This document shows, in pieces, positions 19,017-30,294 of a stretch of DNA of 64,000 nucleotides. The DNA is taken from positions 36,659 to 100,658 of the forward strand of contig JAHZGX010000034.1 of NCBI GenBank assembly GCA_019420585.1, written 5' to 3'. The notes below the pieces were generated by a model. That model had not been told where the DNA came from. It worked only from the letters and a program-made list of their open reading frames with translations, and ran no database searches. Each line of letters starts with the position of its first letter. The stretch's first letter is position 1. The translations under genes were made by a program, and so were the position numbers. The DNA is from Prevotellaceae bacterium. GTDB lineage: Bacteria > Bacteroidota > Bacteroidia > Bacteroidales > Bacteroidaceae.

Positions 19017-19226
19017 ATTTATTATTATTTTGATGAAAACACTCTCTCAATCTGTCTGAAAGACATTCATGACTATGGATTCCAGCAGATAAATATATAA
19101 ATTACCTGCCATTTCCCGTTCTCACAGAGAACATCGCATTGTTTTTCTTTCACAGCGTCTTTGGAAGAATAAAGAGGCCAGGAATACTTTTAGGCTTCTT
19201 TATTCGACATTTCCAGAGATTTTGGG

Positions 19227-19234
19227 TAATTTTG
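19227..19234 (+). promoter_or_regulatory. -7 promoter box TAATTTTG
   Basis: Matches TAnnTTTG, 20 nt upstream of the ATG at 19254. Confidence 0.45.
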
Positions 19235-19253
19235 TGCCTTCAAAGGGAAAACC

Positions 19254-20174
19254 ATGCTTAATAAGACAAGAAACTTACTGACTCTGCTCCTTTTCGTGTG
19301 CTGCAGTCTGCCTATGATGGCACAACGTACCAACCAAGCATTCTGGACTTACATCGACAAATATAAAGATTGGGCCATTGAGCAGATGAAACTTTACCGT
19401 ATCCCCGCAAGCATTACCTTGGCTCAGGGACTACTGGAGAGTGCTGCAGGCAGAAGTACCCTGGCCACTGAGGCCAACAATCATTTTGGCATCAAGTGTG
19501 GAGGAACATGGACCGGACCTTATGTGCTTTGCAATGATGATGCTCCCAATGAGAAATTCCGCAAATACCGCAATGCACATGACAGTTTTGAGGACCATTC
19601 ACGCTTTCTGCAAGGCAAGCGTTACCAGGGACTCTTCCGTCTCTCCATCACCGACTATAAAGGTTGGGCACGAGGGCTGAAAGCAGCGGGCTATGCCACA
19701 AGTCCAACCTATGCCGAATCACTCATACGCATCATAGAGATGTACAACCTGAGCCAGTTTGACTCGGGCAAATACATGCTAATGAGCCATAAGAAAGGTA
19801 CCGTGGAGCAAGATCCGTTCTATATTAACCACGTGGTGTACCGTAACAACAGCAACTACTTTATCGTGGTGGAACCTGGTGACAACATGGCAATTATCAG
19901 TGAAAAAACCGGAGTGAGTCTGAAAGACTTGTACAACTACAACGATTTGCCAAAAGATTATGCCGCCACTGCCGGTGACCTCATCTATCTGCAAAAAAAG
20001 CGCAAGTGCGCCTCTAAGGAGTTCAAGGACAACCCTATCCACATTGTGGAACCCAACCAAAGCCTGCACGACATATGCCAACTCTATGGCATCAGACTGA
20101 AATACCTGTACAAATTGAACAAGATGTCGGCCGACCACACTCTGACTCCCGGTGAGATATTGCGCATCAGATAA
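19254..20174 (+). CDS. secreted N-acetylglucosaminidase (mannosyl-glycoprotein endo-beta-GlcNAcase domain) with two C-terminal LysM domains
   Basis: Signal peptide; LAQGLLESAAGRSTLATEANNHFGIKC is the glucosaminidase domain; two LysM-like segments (GDNMAIISEKTGVSLKDLYNYN, NQSLHDICQLYGIRLKYLYKLN). Confidence 0.8.
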   Translation: MLNKTRNLLTLLLFVCCSLPMMAQRTNQAFWTYIDKYKDWAIEQMKLYRIPASITLAQGLLESAAGRSTLATEANNHFGIKCGGTWTGPYVLCNDDAPNEKFRKYRNAHDSFEDHSRFLQGKRYQGLFRLSITDYKGWARGLKAAGYATSPTYAESLIRIIEMYNLSQFDSGKYMLMSHKKGTVEQDPFYINHVVYRNNSNYFIVVEPGDNMAIISEKTGVSLKDLYNYNDLPKDYAATAGDLIYLQKKRKCASKEFKDNPIHIVEPNQSLHDICQLYGIRLKYLYKLNKMSADHTLTPGEILRIR

Positions 20175-20260
20175 ACACAGGCGCACACATTGGGGAATAC
20201 ACATTAACTATTTATGCACACGCGAGAGAAATACGCCAATAAACACAGAAACACAACTAA

Positions 20261-21886
<1,626 letters not shown>

Positions 21887-21969
21887 CAAACTGACACTTG
21901 GCACGATTCTTGTAGCAAATAGGCCAGTGTAATCATTGTGCACAAAAGCACAAGCATCATATATATAAT

Positions 21970-22590
21970 ATGGAAGAAAAGGAAGTAAAAGAGCAATGCA
22001 CCGAAAATCAGGAGTCCACGCAAACCACGACTGACACTGCCGACAAAATGGCAGGACAGGAGCAGGAGAGCACATCAGAGGAAACTGCAAGCGAAGCACA
22101 GGAAGCAGTCGAGCCTCAGAATCAAGAGAAGACCACTGAGGAGAAACTGCAGGACGCTGAGCAAGAGATAACAGACCTAAAGGATCAACTGCTGCGCAAG
22201 ATTGCCGAGTTTGACAACTACCGCAAGCGTACGATAAAGGAGAAGACCGAGTTGATACTCAACGGAGGCGAGAAGACCGTGGTTGCCATTCTGCCTGTAC
22301 TGGACGACATGGAAAGAGCCCTGGCCAACATGGAAAAGGCCGAGGACGTGGCTGCAGTGGTGGAAGGTGTAAAACTCATACACAAGAAATTCATCAGCAT
22401 TCTAGCCAAGCAAGGCGTGGAAGCAATTGACACAGAGAACGCCACCTTCGATGTAGACCTGCACGAGGCCATTGCACAGTTGCCAGCACCCAATGATGAG
22501 ATGAAGGGAAAGGTGATGGACTGCACTCTGACAGGTTATAAACTGAACGACAAAGTCATTCGCCATGCACAGGTGGTGGTAGGACTCTGA
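21970..22590 (+). CDS. grpE: nucleotide exchange factor GrpE
   Basis: Acidic N-terminus, then LKDQLLRKIAEFDNYRKRT and the C-terminal HEAI...V.GY.L.DKVIR motif. Located upstream of dnaJ. Confidence 0.9.
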   Translation: MEEKEVKEQCTENQESTQTTTDTADKMAGQEQESTSEETASEAQEAVEPQNQEKTTEEKLQDAEQEITDLKDQLLRKIAEFDNYRKRTIKEKTELILNGGEKTVVAILPVLDDMERALANMEKAEDVAAVVEGVKLIHKKFISILAKQGVEAIDTENATFDVDLHEAIAQLPAPNDEMKGKVMDCTLTGYKLNDKVIRHAQVVVGL

Positions 22591-22624
22591 TTGATTCAGA
22601 TGTTAACAGGAAAGGAGCAAAACC

Positions 22625-23812
22625 ATGGCAAACAAGAGAGATTACTATGAAGTCCTGGGCATAAGCAAGACCGCCAGCGATGCCGAGATAAAGAGTGCCT
22701 ACAAGAAAATGGCCATCAAATACCATCCTGACCGCCAGACCGGCAAGACGGATGCAGAAAAGAAGGAGGCCGAAGAAAAATTCAAGGAGGCAGCCGAAGC
22801 ATACGATGTCCTGCATGACCCACAGAAACGACAGCAATATGACCAGTTCGGATTCAACGGACCACAATTTGGAGGCGGTGGATTCGGTGGTGGTGCCGGG
22901 ATGAGCATGGACGACATATTCAGCGCATTCGGTGACATATTCGGCGGACGCGGCGGAGGAAGTCCTTTTGAAGACCTCTTTGGCGGACGCGGACGCAGAA
23001 GCCGGGAGGCACATCCGCAATTCCAGGGTGGAAACCTCAGAATCAACGTACGTCTGACATTGGACGAAGTACGCACCGGAGTGACCAAGAAATTCAAGGT
23101 CAAAAAGAATATCACTTGCCCAAACTGCCACGGAACAGGCAGCCAGGACGGACAGAAAGAGTCCTGCGGACAGTGTAAAGGCTCTGGCGTGGTATACAGA
23201 ACCATGCACACCATGCTGGGAACCATGCAGACGCAGACGACATGTCCCGGATGCGGAGGCACAGGCTCCATCATCAAGAACAAGTGCGGACGCTGCGGAG
23301 GCGAAGGTGTGGTAAGCGGCGAGGAAATTGTTGAGGTGAAGATACCTGCGGGAATCGAGAACGGCATGGTGGTCAACGTGCCCGGCAAGGGACATGCCGG
23401 CAAACTGAACGGAGTCCCCGGTGACATTCAGGTAATCGTGAGCGTGGAGGACAACAAGAACTTTGTTCGCGATGGAAAGGACCTGCATTGCCAACTGCAG
23501 TTGGACATCCCCACCGCCGTGCTGGGTGGCTCGGTGGAGGTTCCCACATTGGACGGGAGAGTCAAGATAAAGATAGATCCCGGCACACAGCCTGGCAAGG
23601 TCATGCGCCTGCGTGGCAAGGGACTGCCGGCACTGCAGGGCTATGGATATGGAACGGGTGACCTCATCGTGACTATCAACGTGTACATCCCACAGACATT
23701 GTCCAAGGCCGACAGGGAAATCTTTGAAACGCTTAGGGAACATGACACCATGAAGCCTAGTTCCGAGAACAAGGAGAGTTTCTTCAGCAAATTCAAAAAA
23801 CAATTTGAATGA
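22625..23812 (+). CDS. dnaJ: molecular chaperone DnaJ
   Basis: J-domain (DYYEVLGI...KYHPD), G/F-rich region, and four CxxCxGxG zinc-finger repeats (CPNCHGTG, CGQCKGSG, CPGCGGTG, CGRCGGEG). Confidence 0.95.
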   Translation: MANKRDYYEVLGISKTASDAEIKSAYKKMAIKYHPDRQTGKTDAEKKEAEEKFKEAAEAYDVLHDPQKRQQYDQFGFNGPQFGGGGFGGGAGMSMDDIFSAFGDIFGGRGGGSPFEDLFGGRGRRSREAHPQFQGGNLRINVRLTLDEVRTGVTKKFKVKKNITCPNCHGTGSQDGQKESCGQCKGSGVVYRTMHTMLGTMQTQTTCPGCGGTGSIIKNKCGRCGGEGVVSGEEIVEVKIPAGIENGMVVNVPGKGHAGKLNGVPGDIQVIVSVEDNKNFVRDGKDLHCQLQLDIPTAVLGGSVEVPTLDGRVKIKIDPGTQPGKVMRLRGKGLPALQGYGYGTGDLIVTINVYIPQTLSKADREIFETLREHDTMKPSSENKESFFSKFKKQFE

Positions 23813-25110
23813 CTTACGAACAAGCGACAGACTATCTGTACAAGTCCGCCCCGTTATTTCAGAATATCGGGGCGGGCGCATATAAGGAAGGATTAAGCAA
23901 TACGGAACTGCTTGACAACCATTTCCTGCATCCACACAGGCACTATGCCACCATCCATGTGGCAGGCACCAACGGCAAGGGTTCTGTGAGTCACACACTG
24001 GCTGCCATACTTCAGGCACAAGGATATAAGGTAGGGCTCTACACCAGTCCGCACCTGACCGACTTCAGAGAGCGCATCCGCGTGAACGGGGATATGGTTC
24101 CCAAGCAAAGGGTGGTGGATTTCGTAGAGCAGGAACGTGCCTTTTTTGAGCCGTTGCATCCTTCTTTTTTCGAGTTGGCAACAGCCTTGGCTTTCAAATA
24201 CTTTGACGAACAGGAGGTAGACATTGCAGTCATTGAGGTCGGGCTGGGCGGAAGACTCGACTGCACCAACATTATCCAGCCCCTGATGAGCATTATCACA
24301 AACATCAGTTTTGACCATACACAATTTCTTGGCAATACCCTGGAAAAGATTGCAGGAGAGAAGGCCGGCATCATCAAGCACGGAATCCCGGCCATCGTGG
24401 GTGAATCAAACATCCCAAACGTGGCCGATGTGTTCATGCAGAAAGCCGAATCCGTAAACACCACCTTGAGTTTTGCAGACAGACAAAACGAGATTATCCG
24501 TTTCACCCATGACCTCATACAAGGATATACCTATCATACTGCCACCTTCGGAATCCTACATGGCGAACTGGGAGGTATTTGCCAGGAAAAGAATACGGCC
24601 ACCATACTGGAGGCTGTGAAAGAACTGCACAGACAGGGTTATGCCGTCAGCAACCATGCCATAAACGAAGGTTTCGCCCATGTATGCGAACTCACGGGGT
24701 TAAGAGGCCGCTGGCAGAAACTCTCGGAGTCCCCCTTGACTATCTGTGACACTGGGCACAATGTGGGTGGCATGCAATATATCGTCCGGCAACTGACCGG
24801 AACACCACACCACACCTTACATATTATAATAGGTATGGTCAATGACAAGGACGTGAACACAGTGCTGTCCATGTTGCCCAAGGAAGCGGTTTACTATTTC
24901 ACCCAAGCCTCAGTAAAACGCGCCATGCCCTGCATGGAATTTGCAGAGAAGGCTGCTGCACATGGTCTGAGAGGTCAATCTTATCCATCTGTAAGTGAAT
25001 CATATAAAGCCGCAAAATCCGCTGCCACTGCCGATGATCTCATCTTCATCGGAGGCAGCACCTTCATTGTGGCCGACCTGCTTACGGCCTTGGAACAAAG
25101 GAAAACATAA
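23809..25110 (+). CDS. folC: bifunctional folylpolyglutamate synthase / dihydrofolate synthase
   Basis: HVAGTNGKGS P-loop and the Mur-ligase-like architecture (EVGLGGRLD, FDH...LG.TL..IA.EKAGI). ATGA overlap with dnaJ. Confidence 0.9.
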   Translation: MTYEQATDYLYKSAPLFQNIGAGAYKEGLSNTELLDNHFLHPHRHYATIHVAGTNGKGSVSHTLAAILQAQGYKVGLYTSPHLTDFRERIRVNGDMVPKQRVVDFVEQERAFFEPLHPSFFELATALAFKYFDEQEVDIAVIEVGLGGRLDCTNIIQPLMSIITNISFDHTQFLGNTLEKIAGEKAGIIKHGIPAIVGESNIPNVADVFMQKAESVNTTLSFADRQNEIIRFTHDLIQGYTYHTATFGILHGELGGICQEKNTATILEAVKELHRQGYAVSNHAINEGFAHVCELTGLRGRWQKLSESPLTICDTGHNVGGMQYIVRQLTGTPHHTLHIIIGMVNDKDVNTVLSMLPKEAVYYFTQASVKRAMPCMEFAEKAAAHGLRGQSYPSVSESYKAAKSAATADDLIFIGGSTFIVADLLTALEQRKT

Positions 25111-25314
25111 TCCGGGCATCTGCAATAATACCAAGGCGAAAAGACATTTATATGTAACGCCAAAGAATATATAGCAAACAAGTGACGATATTGGCATCAG
25201 AAAACAAGCACAGTACTTCCCCAACAAGCACAGCGCAGCAGGCATAATCCCCAATTTCTCACATTCCAGACTAACTTTTTGTCCATCTTGTTTGTGAATG
25301 TCACATATTATTAT

Positions 25315-25322
25315 TAAGTTTG
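25315..25322 (+). promoter_or_regulatory. -7 promoter box TAAGTTTG
   Basis: Matches TAnnTTTG, 55 nt upstream of the galM ATG. Confidence 0.45.
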
Positions 25323-25376
25323 CAATAGGATTTTGGACAAAAAGCCAGAAACATCGTCAAACTAATAGAGATTCCG

Positions 25377-26459
25377 ATGGACAAAGAACTGATTTCCGGA
25401 CTGAAGAGAGAAGACTTTCAGACCGTGGTACAAGGCAGGCAAACAGACCTTTACACGCTGACCAACAGCAATGGCATGGAAGTAAGTGTCACCAATTATG
25501 GAGGCGCACTGGTGGCCATCATGGTTCCCGACAAGGAAGGCAAGATGGCCAATGTCATTCAAGGACATGACAGCATAAAAGGAGTTATGGAAAGTCCCGA
25601 ACCCTTCCTGAGCACCTTGGTGGGCAGATACGGCAACCGTATCTGCAAAGGCAAGTTCACCATGAACGGCAAAGAATACAGCCTGGCAGTGAACAACGGC
25701 CCCAACCACCTGCATGGCGGCCCCACCGGTTTCCATGCAAGAGTATGGGATGCAGAACAGATAAACGACCAGGAATTGGTGCTGCGCTACATTTCTGCCT
25801 ATTACGAAGAAGGTTTCCCCGGCGAACTGCACATGATTGTAAAATACAGTCTGAATGACGACAATGAACTCAGCATCGACTATCGCGGCACGACCAACAA
25901 GAAGACCGTGGTAAACATGACGAGCCATGGCTTCTTCTCGCTGGCAGGCATCGCCAACCCCACACCCGAAGCATTGAACTGCCAACTGCAAATCAATGCT
26001 GACTTTTTCATACCTATTGACGAAAACAGCATCCCCACAGGTGAAATACTGAAAGTGGAGGGAACTCCATTTGACTTCCGTACACCTCACACCGTGGGCG
26101 AGCGCATCAATGACACCGATAACCAGCAGATTGTCAATGGAACCGGCTACGACCATTGCTTTGTCCTCAACAAGCAGGAACCGGGTGAACTGAGTTTTGC
26201 AGTAAGATGTACAGAGCCGGTAAGCGGCAGAGTCATGGAGATGTACACCACAGAACCCGGCGTGCAATTTTACAGCAGCAACTGGCTCAGTGGCTTCCAA
26301 GGAACCCATGGAGCCACTTTCGGCAAATACAGTGCTCTGTGCTTTGAAGCCCAGCATTTCCCCGACAGCCCCAACCGCCCACATTTCCCCAGCGTTATAT
26401 TGAAGCCCGGTGAGATATACACCCAGAAGACGGTGTACAAGTTCAGTACACAAGACTGA
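25377..26459 (+). CDS. galM: aldose 1-epimerase (galactose mutarotase)
   Basis: VGRYGNRI..G.F...G..Y.L..NNGPNHLHGG..GF and the C-terminal ..CFE.Q.FPDSPN motifs. In Leloir-pathway context with galK. Confidence 0.9.
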   Translation: MDKELISGLKREDFQTVVQGRQTDLYTLTNSNGMEVSVTNYGGALVAIMVPDKEGKMANVIQGHDSIKGVMESPEPFLSTLVGRYGNRICKGKFTMNGKEYSLAVNNGPNHLHGGPTGFHARVWDAEQINDQELVLRYISAYYEEGFPGELHMIVKYSLNDDNELSIDYRGTTNKKTVVNMTSHGFFSLAGIANPTPEALNCQLQINADFFIPIDENSIPTGEILKVEGTPFDFRTPHTVGERINDTDNQQIVNGTGYDHCFVLNKQEPGELSFAVRCTEPVSGRVMEMYTTEPGVQFYSSNWLSGFQGTHGATFGKYSALCFEAQHFPDSPNRPHFPSVILKPGEIYTQKTVYKFSTQD

Positions 26460-26519
26460 GCACCCTTCAACCGCTTCTCCCGAAAATAATCACTTACAAA
26501 TCATAATCAAACAAAACTA

Positions 26520-27782
26520 ATGGCACAAAAATCAAAACAATGGGCTGCGATTATCATGATGATCGCGCTCTTCGCCATGATTGCCTTCGTGACCAACCTG
26601 TGCTCACCCATGGCCGTCATCGTGCAGAACCAATTCGGAGCAAGTGAACTCCAGTCCCAGATTGGCAACTATGCCAACTTCATCGCCTACCTTGTGATGG
26701 GTATCCCCAGCGGTATGCTCATCGTAAAGTTCGGCTACAAAAAGACAGCCCTGCTTGCTCTCATCATTGGCATCATAGGCATGGGACTGGAATTGTTGTC
26801 CGGCACCATGGAAAGCATGTGGATTTACCTGGCTGGCGCATTCATTTGCGGTTTCACCATGTGCATGCTCAACACTGTGGTAAATCCCCTGCTCAATGTA
26901 TTGGGTGGCGGAGGCAACACCGGCAACCAGTTAATTCAGATTGGTGGCGCATTCAACAGTGCAGCAGCCGTAGCCGTGTATATCATCCTGGGAGCCTTGA
27001 TTGGTGAGGTAACCAAGGAAACTGCCATTGTGGACGCAGCCCCTGCCATGTACATTGCAGTGGCAATCTTCGTGGTAGCATTCCTTGTGTTGGCAGCCAC
27101 AAAGATTGAGGAGCCCAAGCAGGAACCAGTAAGCACAGACCTCATCAAGGGTGCGCTGTCTCATCGTCATTTTGCCCTGGGCGCACTGGCCATCTTCCTT
27201 TACATGAGTGTTGAGGTAGGCACACCTACTTATATGATTAAGTATCTGACCAGCGATGCTGTGGGTGTCTCTGCAGGCGTGGCCTCTCTGATTGCAGCAG
27301 TATATTGGTTTGCCATGTTCATCGGCCGTTCTGTGGGCGGTAGCATCGGCGGCAAGGTTTCCAGCCGCGCCATGGTAAGCACGGTGGCCACCGCAGCCAT
27401 CATCCTGCTGGCATTCGGCATGTTCGCTCCCTCCACTTGGCAGGTACAGGTTCCCGGCGTGGATTGGGCAAACCTGTCAGTCATTTGGGTTGAGGTACCC
27501 ATTGGCATTGCAGCCTTCATTTGCGTGGGTCTCTGCACTTCCGTGATGTGGGGCGGCATCTTCAACATGGCAGTTGAGGGACTTGGCAAGTACACAGCAG
27601 CAGCATCCGGCATCTTCATGACCATGGTGTTCGGTTGCGCAGTGATGGTAGCCCTGCAGGCTTTGGTGGTGGATGCCACCGGCGGTAACTATCTCATCAG
27701 TTATCTGATTCCTCTGGCTTGCGCCGCATACATCCTGTTCTATGCGCTCGTAGGTTCCAGAGTATCCAAGAAAGAAGAATAA
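26520..27782 (+). CDS. MFS glucose/galactose (FucP-family) transporter
   Basis: 420 aa, 12 TM segments, between galM and galK. This is the same arrangement I recall for Bacteroides galK-transporter-mutarotase clusters. Confidence 0.8.
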   Translation: MAQKSKQWAAIIMMIALFAMIAFVTNLCSPMAVIVQNQFGASELQSQIGNYANFIAYLVMGIPSGMLIVKFGYKKTALLALIIGIIGMGLELLSGTMESMWIYLAGAFICGFTMCMLNTVVNPLLNVLGGGGNTGNQLIQIGGAFNSAAAVAVYIILGALIGEVTKETAIVDAAPAMYIAVAIFVVAFLVLAATKIEEPKQEPVSTDLIKGALSHRHFALGALAIFLYMSVEVGTPTYMIKYLTSDAVGVSAGVASLIAAVYWFAMFIGRSVGGSIGGKVSSRAMVSTVATAAIILLAFGMFAPSTWQVQVPGVDWANLSVIWVEVPIGIAAFICVGLCTSVMWGGIFNMAVEGLGKYTAAASGIFMTMVFGCAVMVALQALVVDATGGNYLISYLIPLACAAYILFYALVGSRVSKKEE

Positions 27783-27857
27783 TCCACAACGTATAATCTC
27801 AGTCTTGCGCTTTGCAGTTCCTGCGGCGCAAGACTCCTTTTAACAAACAACACAACC

Positions 27858-29018
27858 ATGAGACTGACAATAGAAGATGTAAGAAGCCGCTTCGTGAAGC
27901 ACTTTGACGGCACTACGGGTTCCATTTACGCCGCTCCTGGAAGAATCAACCTGATAGGTGAACATACGGACTACAACAACGGTTATGTGTTCCCAGGAGC
28001 CGTTGAACAGGGCATTATTGCCGAAATCAAGCCCAATGGCACACGCAAGGTACGTGCTTACGCCATCGACCTAAAGGACTACACCGAATTCTCTCTCGAT
28101 GATGAGCAGGGGCCCAAGGCTTCGTGGGCACGCTATATCTTTGGCGTTTGCCGTGAGATGATGGCACTTGGAGTACCCGTGGAAGGTTTCAACACAGCCT
28201 TTGCTGGTGATGTACCCTTGGGAGCAGGCATGAGTTCAAGTGCAGCCCTTGAGAGCACCTACGCCTGTGCCTTGAATGACCTATGGGGCGAGAACAAGAT
28301 TGACCGTATGGAACTGGCTCGCGTGGGACAGCGTACCGAGCACAAGTACATCGGCGTGATGTGTGGAATCATGGATCAGGCCATCTCTTGCCTAGGCAAG
28401 AAAGGCTCACTGCTTCGCCTTGACTGCCGCAGCGGCGAATACGAATATTTCCCTTGGAATCCCAAAGGCTACCAATTGGTACTCGTAAACAGTTGCGTCA
28501 AGCACACTCTGGCAGGCAGCCCCTACAATGAGCGTCGCCTGCAGTGTGAGCATGTGGCAGAGATTATCGGGAAGAAGCATCCCGAAGTTAAGTCACTCCG
28601 TGATGCAAGCATTGAGATGCTGGAAGAGGTCAAAGGTGAAATCACTGGCGATGAGTACAAGCGCGCACGCTATGTCATCGGTGAGGTGGAACGCGTATTG
28701 GCTGTCTGCGAAGCATTGAAGAGCGATGATTATGAGATGGTGGGCAAGATGATGTATGAAACTCACTATGGCCTGAGCAAAGAGTATGAGGTAAGTTGCG
28801 AAGAACTTGACTATCTCAATGATATTGCCAAGGAGGCCGGCGTAACCGGCTCCCGCATCATGGGTGGCGGTTTTGGCGGTTGCACCATCAACCTTGTGGC
28901 AGAAGAGTTGGTCAGCAACTTCAAGAAACTTGCCAAGGAAAAGTTCGCAGCGAAGTACGGCAAAGAACCTGTCATCATTGATGTGGTGATTGGCGACGGC
29001 GCACGCAAACTCTGCTGA
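27858..29018 (+). CDS. galK: galactokinase
   Basis: GRINLIGEHTDYN galactokinase signature, the GHMP motif PLGAGMSSSAALE, and C-terminal GSRIMGGGFGGC. Confidence 0.95.
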   Translation: MRLTIEDVRSRFVKHFDGTTGSIYAAPGRINLIGEHTDYNNGYVFPGAVEQGIIAEIKPNGTRKVRAYAIDLKDYTEFSLDDEQGPKASWARYIFGVCREMMALGVPVEGFNTAFAGDVPLGAGMSSSAALESTYACALNDLWGENKIDRMELARVGQRTEHKYIGVMCGIMDQAISCLGKKGSLLRLDCRSGEYEYFPWNPKGYQLVLVNSCVKHTLAGSPYNERRLQCEHVAEIIGKKHPEVKSLRDASIEMLEEVKGEITGDEYKRARYVIGEVERVLAVCEALKSDDYEMVGKMMYETHYGLSKEYEVSCEELDYLNDIAKEAGVTGSRIMGGGFGGCTINLVAEELVSNFKKLAKEKFAAKYGKEPVIIDVVIGDGARKLC

Positions 29019-29047
29019 ACACACGCACATACATCTGCATGAATTAA

Positions 29048-29098
29048 GGAAAAGGCTTTCATTTAGGAAACACTATCTGAAAGCCTTTTCCATTTTTA
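29048..29098 (+). terminator. Rho-independent terminator after galK
   Basis: Perfect 14-bp stem ggaaaaggctttca / tgaaagccttttcc, 16-nt loop, followed by ATTTTT. Confidence 0.85.
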
Positions 29099-29279
29099 CA
29101 AAGTAGACATACGGTTTAGGAAACACGCCAACCTCCTATAAATCTGCTTGCATCTCCAGTATGCTGCCACAAATCAAACATCAGGAAATTCGCGGGCATG
29201 CGCAGTTTCCATCCATCATCCCCATCATGTGCAAATCACTAACCGTACAGGATTAGTTCACCCATATGACATTTCTGCA

Positions 29280-30044
29280 ATGAAAAGATTGGTTCTCTTA
29301 CTCATCATCCTGTTCACCGCTACCACACCATCTGCTTTCGCACGCAAGCGCATGCCTGTCTTCAGCAAGGGCGGAATAATAAAAACGGACACTACCCGCA
29401 AGCAGTTGACCTTGATATTCACGGCTGCCGACAGGAACGATGGCGTGGAGACTATACTGAAGGTACTGGAAGAACACCACGTCAAAGCCGCCTTCTTCCT
29501 GACAGGCAGTTTCCTGAAACGCTTCCCCAAAGACGTGGCACACATGAAGAAAGCAGGCCATTACGTAGGCAGCCACAGTTATGCCCACCCCCTATATTGC
29601 CCTTGGGACAACCCAGACAGAACACTGATTACACGTGAGGAATTTGAGACAGACATCAGTCTCAGTTACCTGGCACTCGCCTCCTACGGCATTACCATCA
29701 AGAACTCACCCTTCTTCATGCCTCCCTATGAGCACTACAATGACACCATATCGCAATGGGCAAGAGACATGGGACTCACTTTGGTAAACTTCACAAGCGG
29801 CACAGCCAGCAATGCCGACTATACCACACCCTCGATGAAGAACTATCGCACATCGGACAACATATACCAAACCATCCTGGCCAAAGAAGAGAGCGAAGGG
29901 CTGAAAGGGCATCTGATGCTCTTCCATGCCGGAACCTCACCGGATCGCACCGATAAGTTCTACACTCGTCACCTGAACCTACTCATCACAGAACTCCACC
30001 GCAGGGGCTATCGCTTCATGTCACTCCCCAAGGCTCTGCGCTGA
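29280..30044 (+). CDS. secreted polysaccharide deacetylase (CE4 family)
   Basis: Signal peptide MKRLVLLLIILFTATTPSAFA; LTLIFTAADRNDG...AAFFLTG...GHYVGSHSYAH carries the NodB-type motifs. The ORF-track start at 29148 adds an implausible 44-aa extension. Confidence 0.8.
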   Translation: MKRLVLLLIILFTATTPSAFARKRMPVFSKGGIIKTDTTRKQLTLIFTAADRNDGVETILKVLEEHHVKAAFFLTGSFLKRFPKDVAHMKKAGHYVGSHSYAHPLYCPWDNPDRTLITREEFETDISLSYLALASYGITIKNSPFFMPPYEHYNDTISQWARDMGLTLVNFTSGTASNADYTTPSMKNYRTSDNIYQTILAKEESEGLKGHLMLFHAGTSPDRTDKFYTRHLNLLITELHRRGYRFMSLPKALR

Positions 30045-30229
30045 ATGTCCCCTGGCCATCGGCATATACTTCCCACACTTTCAGGCATGGAAAACCAATT
30101 GAAGTGCACCGCCCAAATCGCCCCATTTTTCTCACCATGAAACACCCATACTTGCCTCCGTCTGCACCTCGCCACTCGCCCAAAGGAACAATTTAGCCGC
30201 CGAGAAAGTTATGTAGTACATTTTTTTCA

Positions 30230-30237
30230 TAACTTTG
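30230..30237 (+). promoter_or_regulatory. -7 promoter box TAACTTTG
   Basis: Matches TAnnTTTG, preceded by a T7 run, 58 nt upstream of the tkt ATG at 30295. Confidence 0.5.
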
Positions 30238-30294
30238 CGCTGTAAATCACAAATACGGCAAGTTTGCCATTTACATACAAGCATCATTTGCACT

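Noticed and set aside
16928-19253. An invertible promoter or att repeats associated with the integrase. I compared 16.93-17.08 kb, 17.71-17.81 kb and 19.02-19.25 kb on both strands by eye.
   Set aside because: No shared direct or inverted repeats of 10 nt or more were found between the flanks. The integrase is downstream of the glycan operon rather than next to its promoter. A computational repeat search is still needed.
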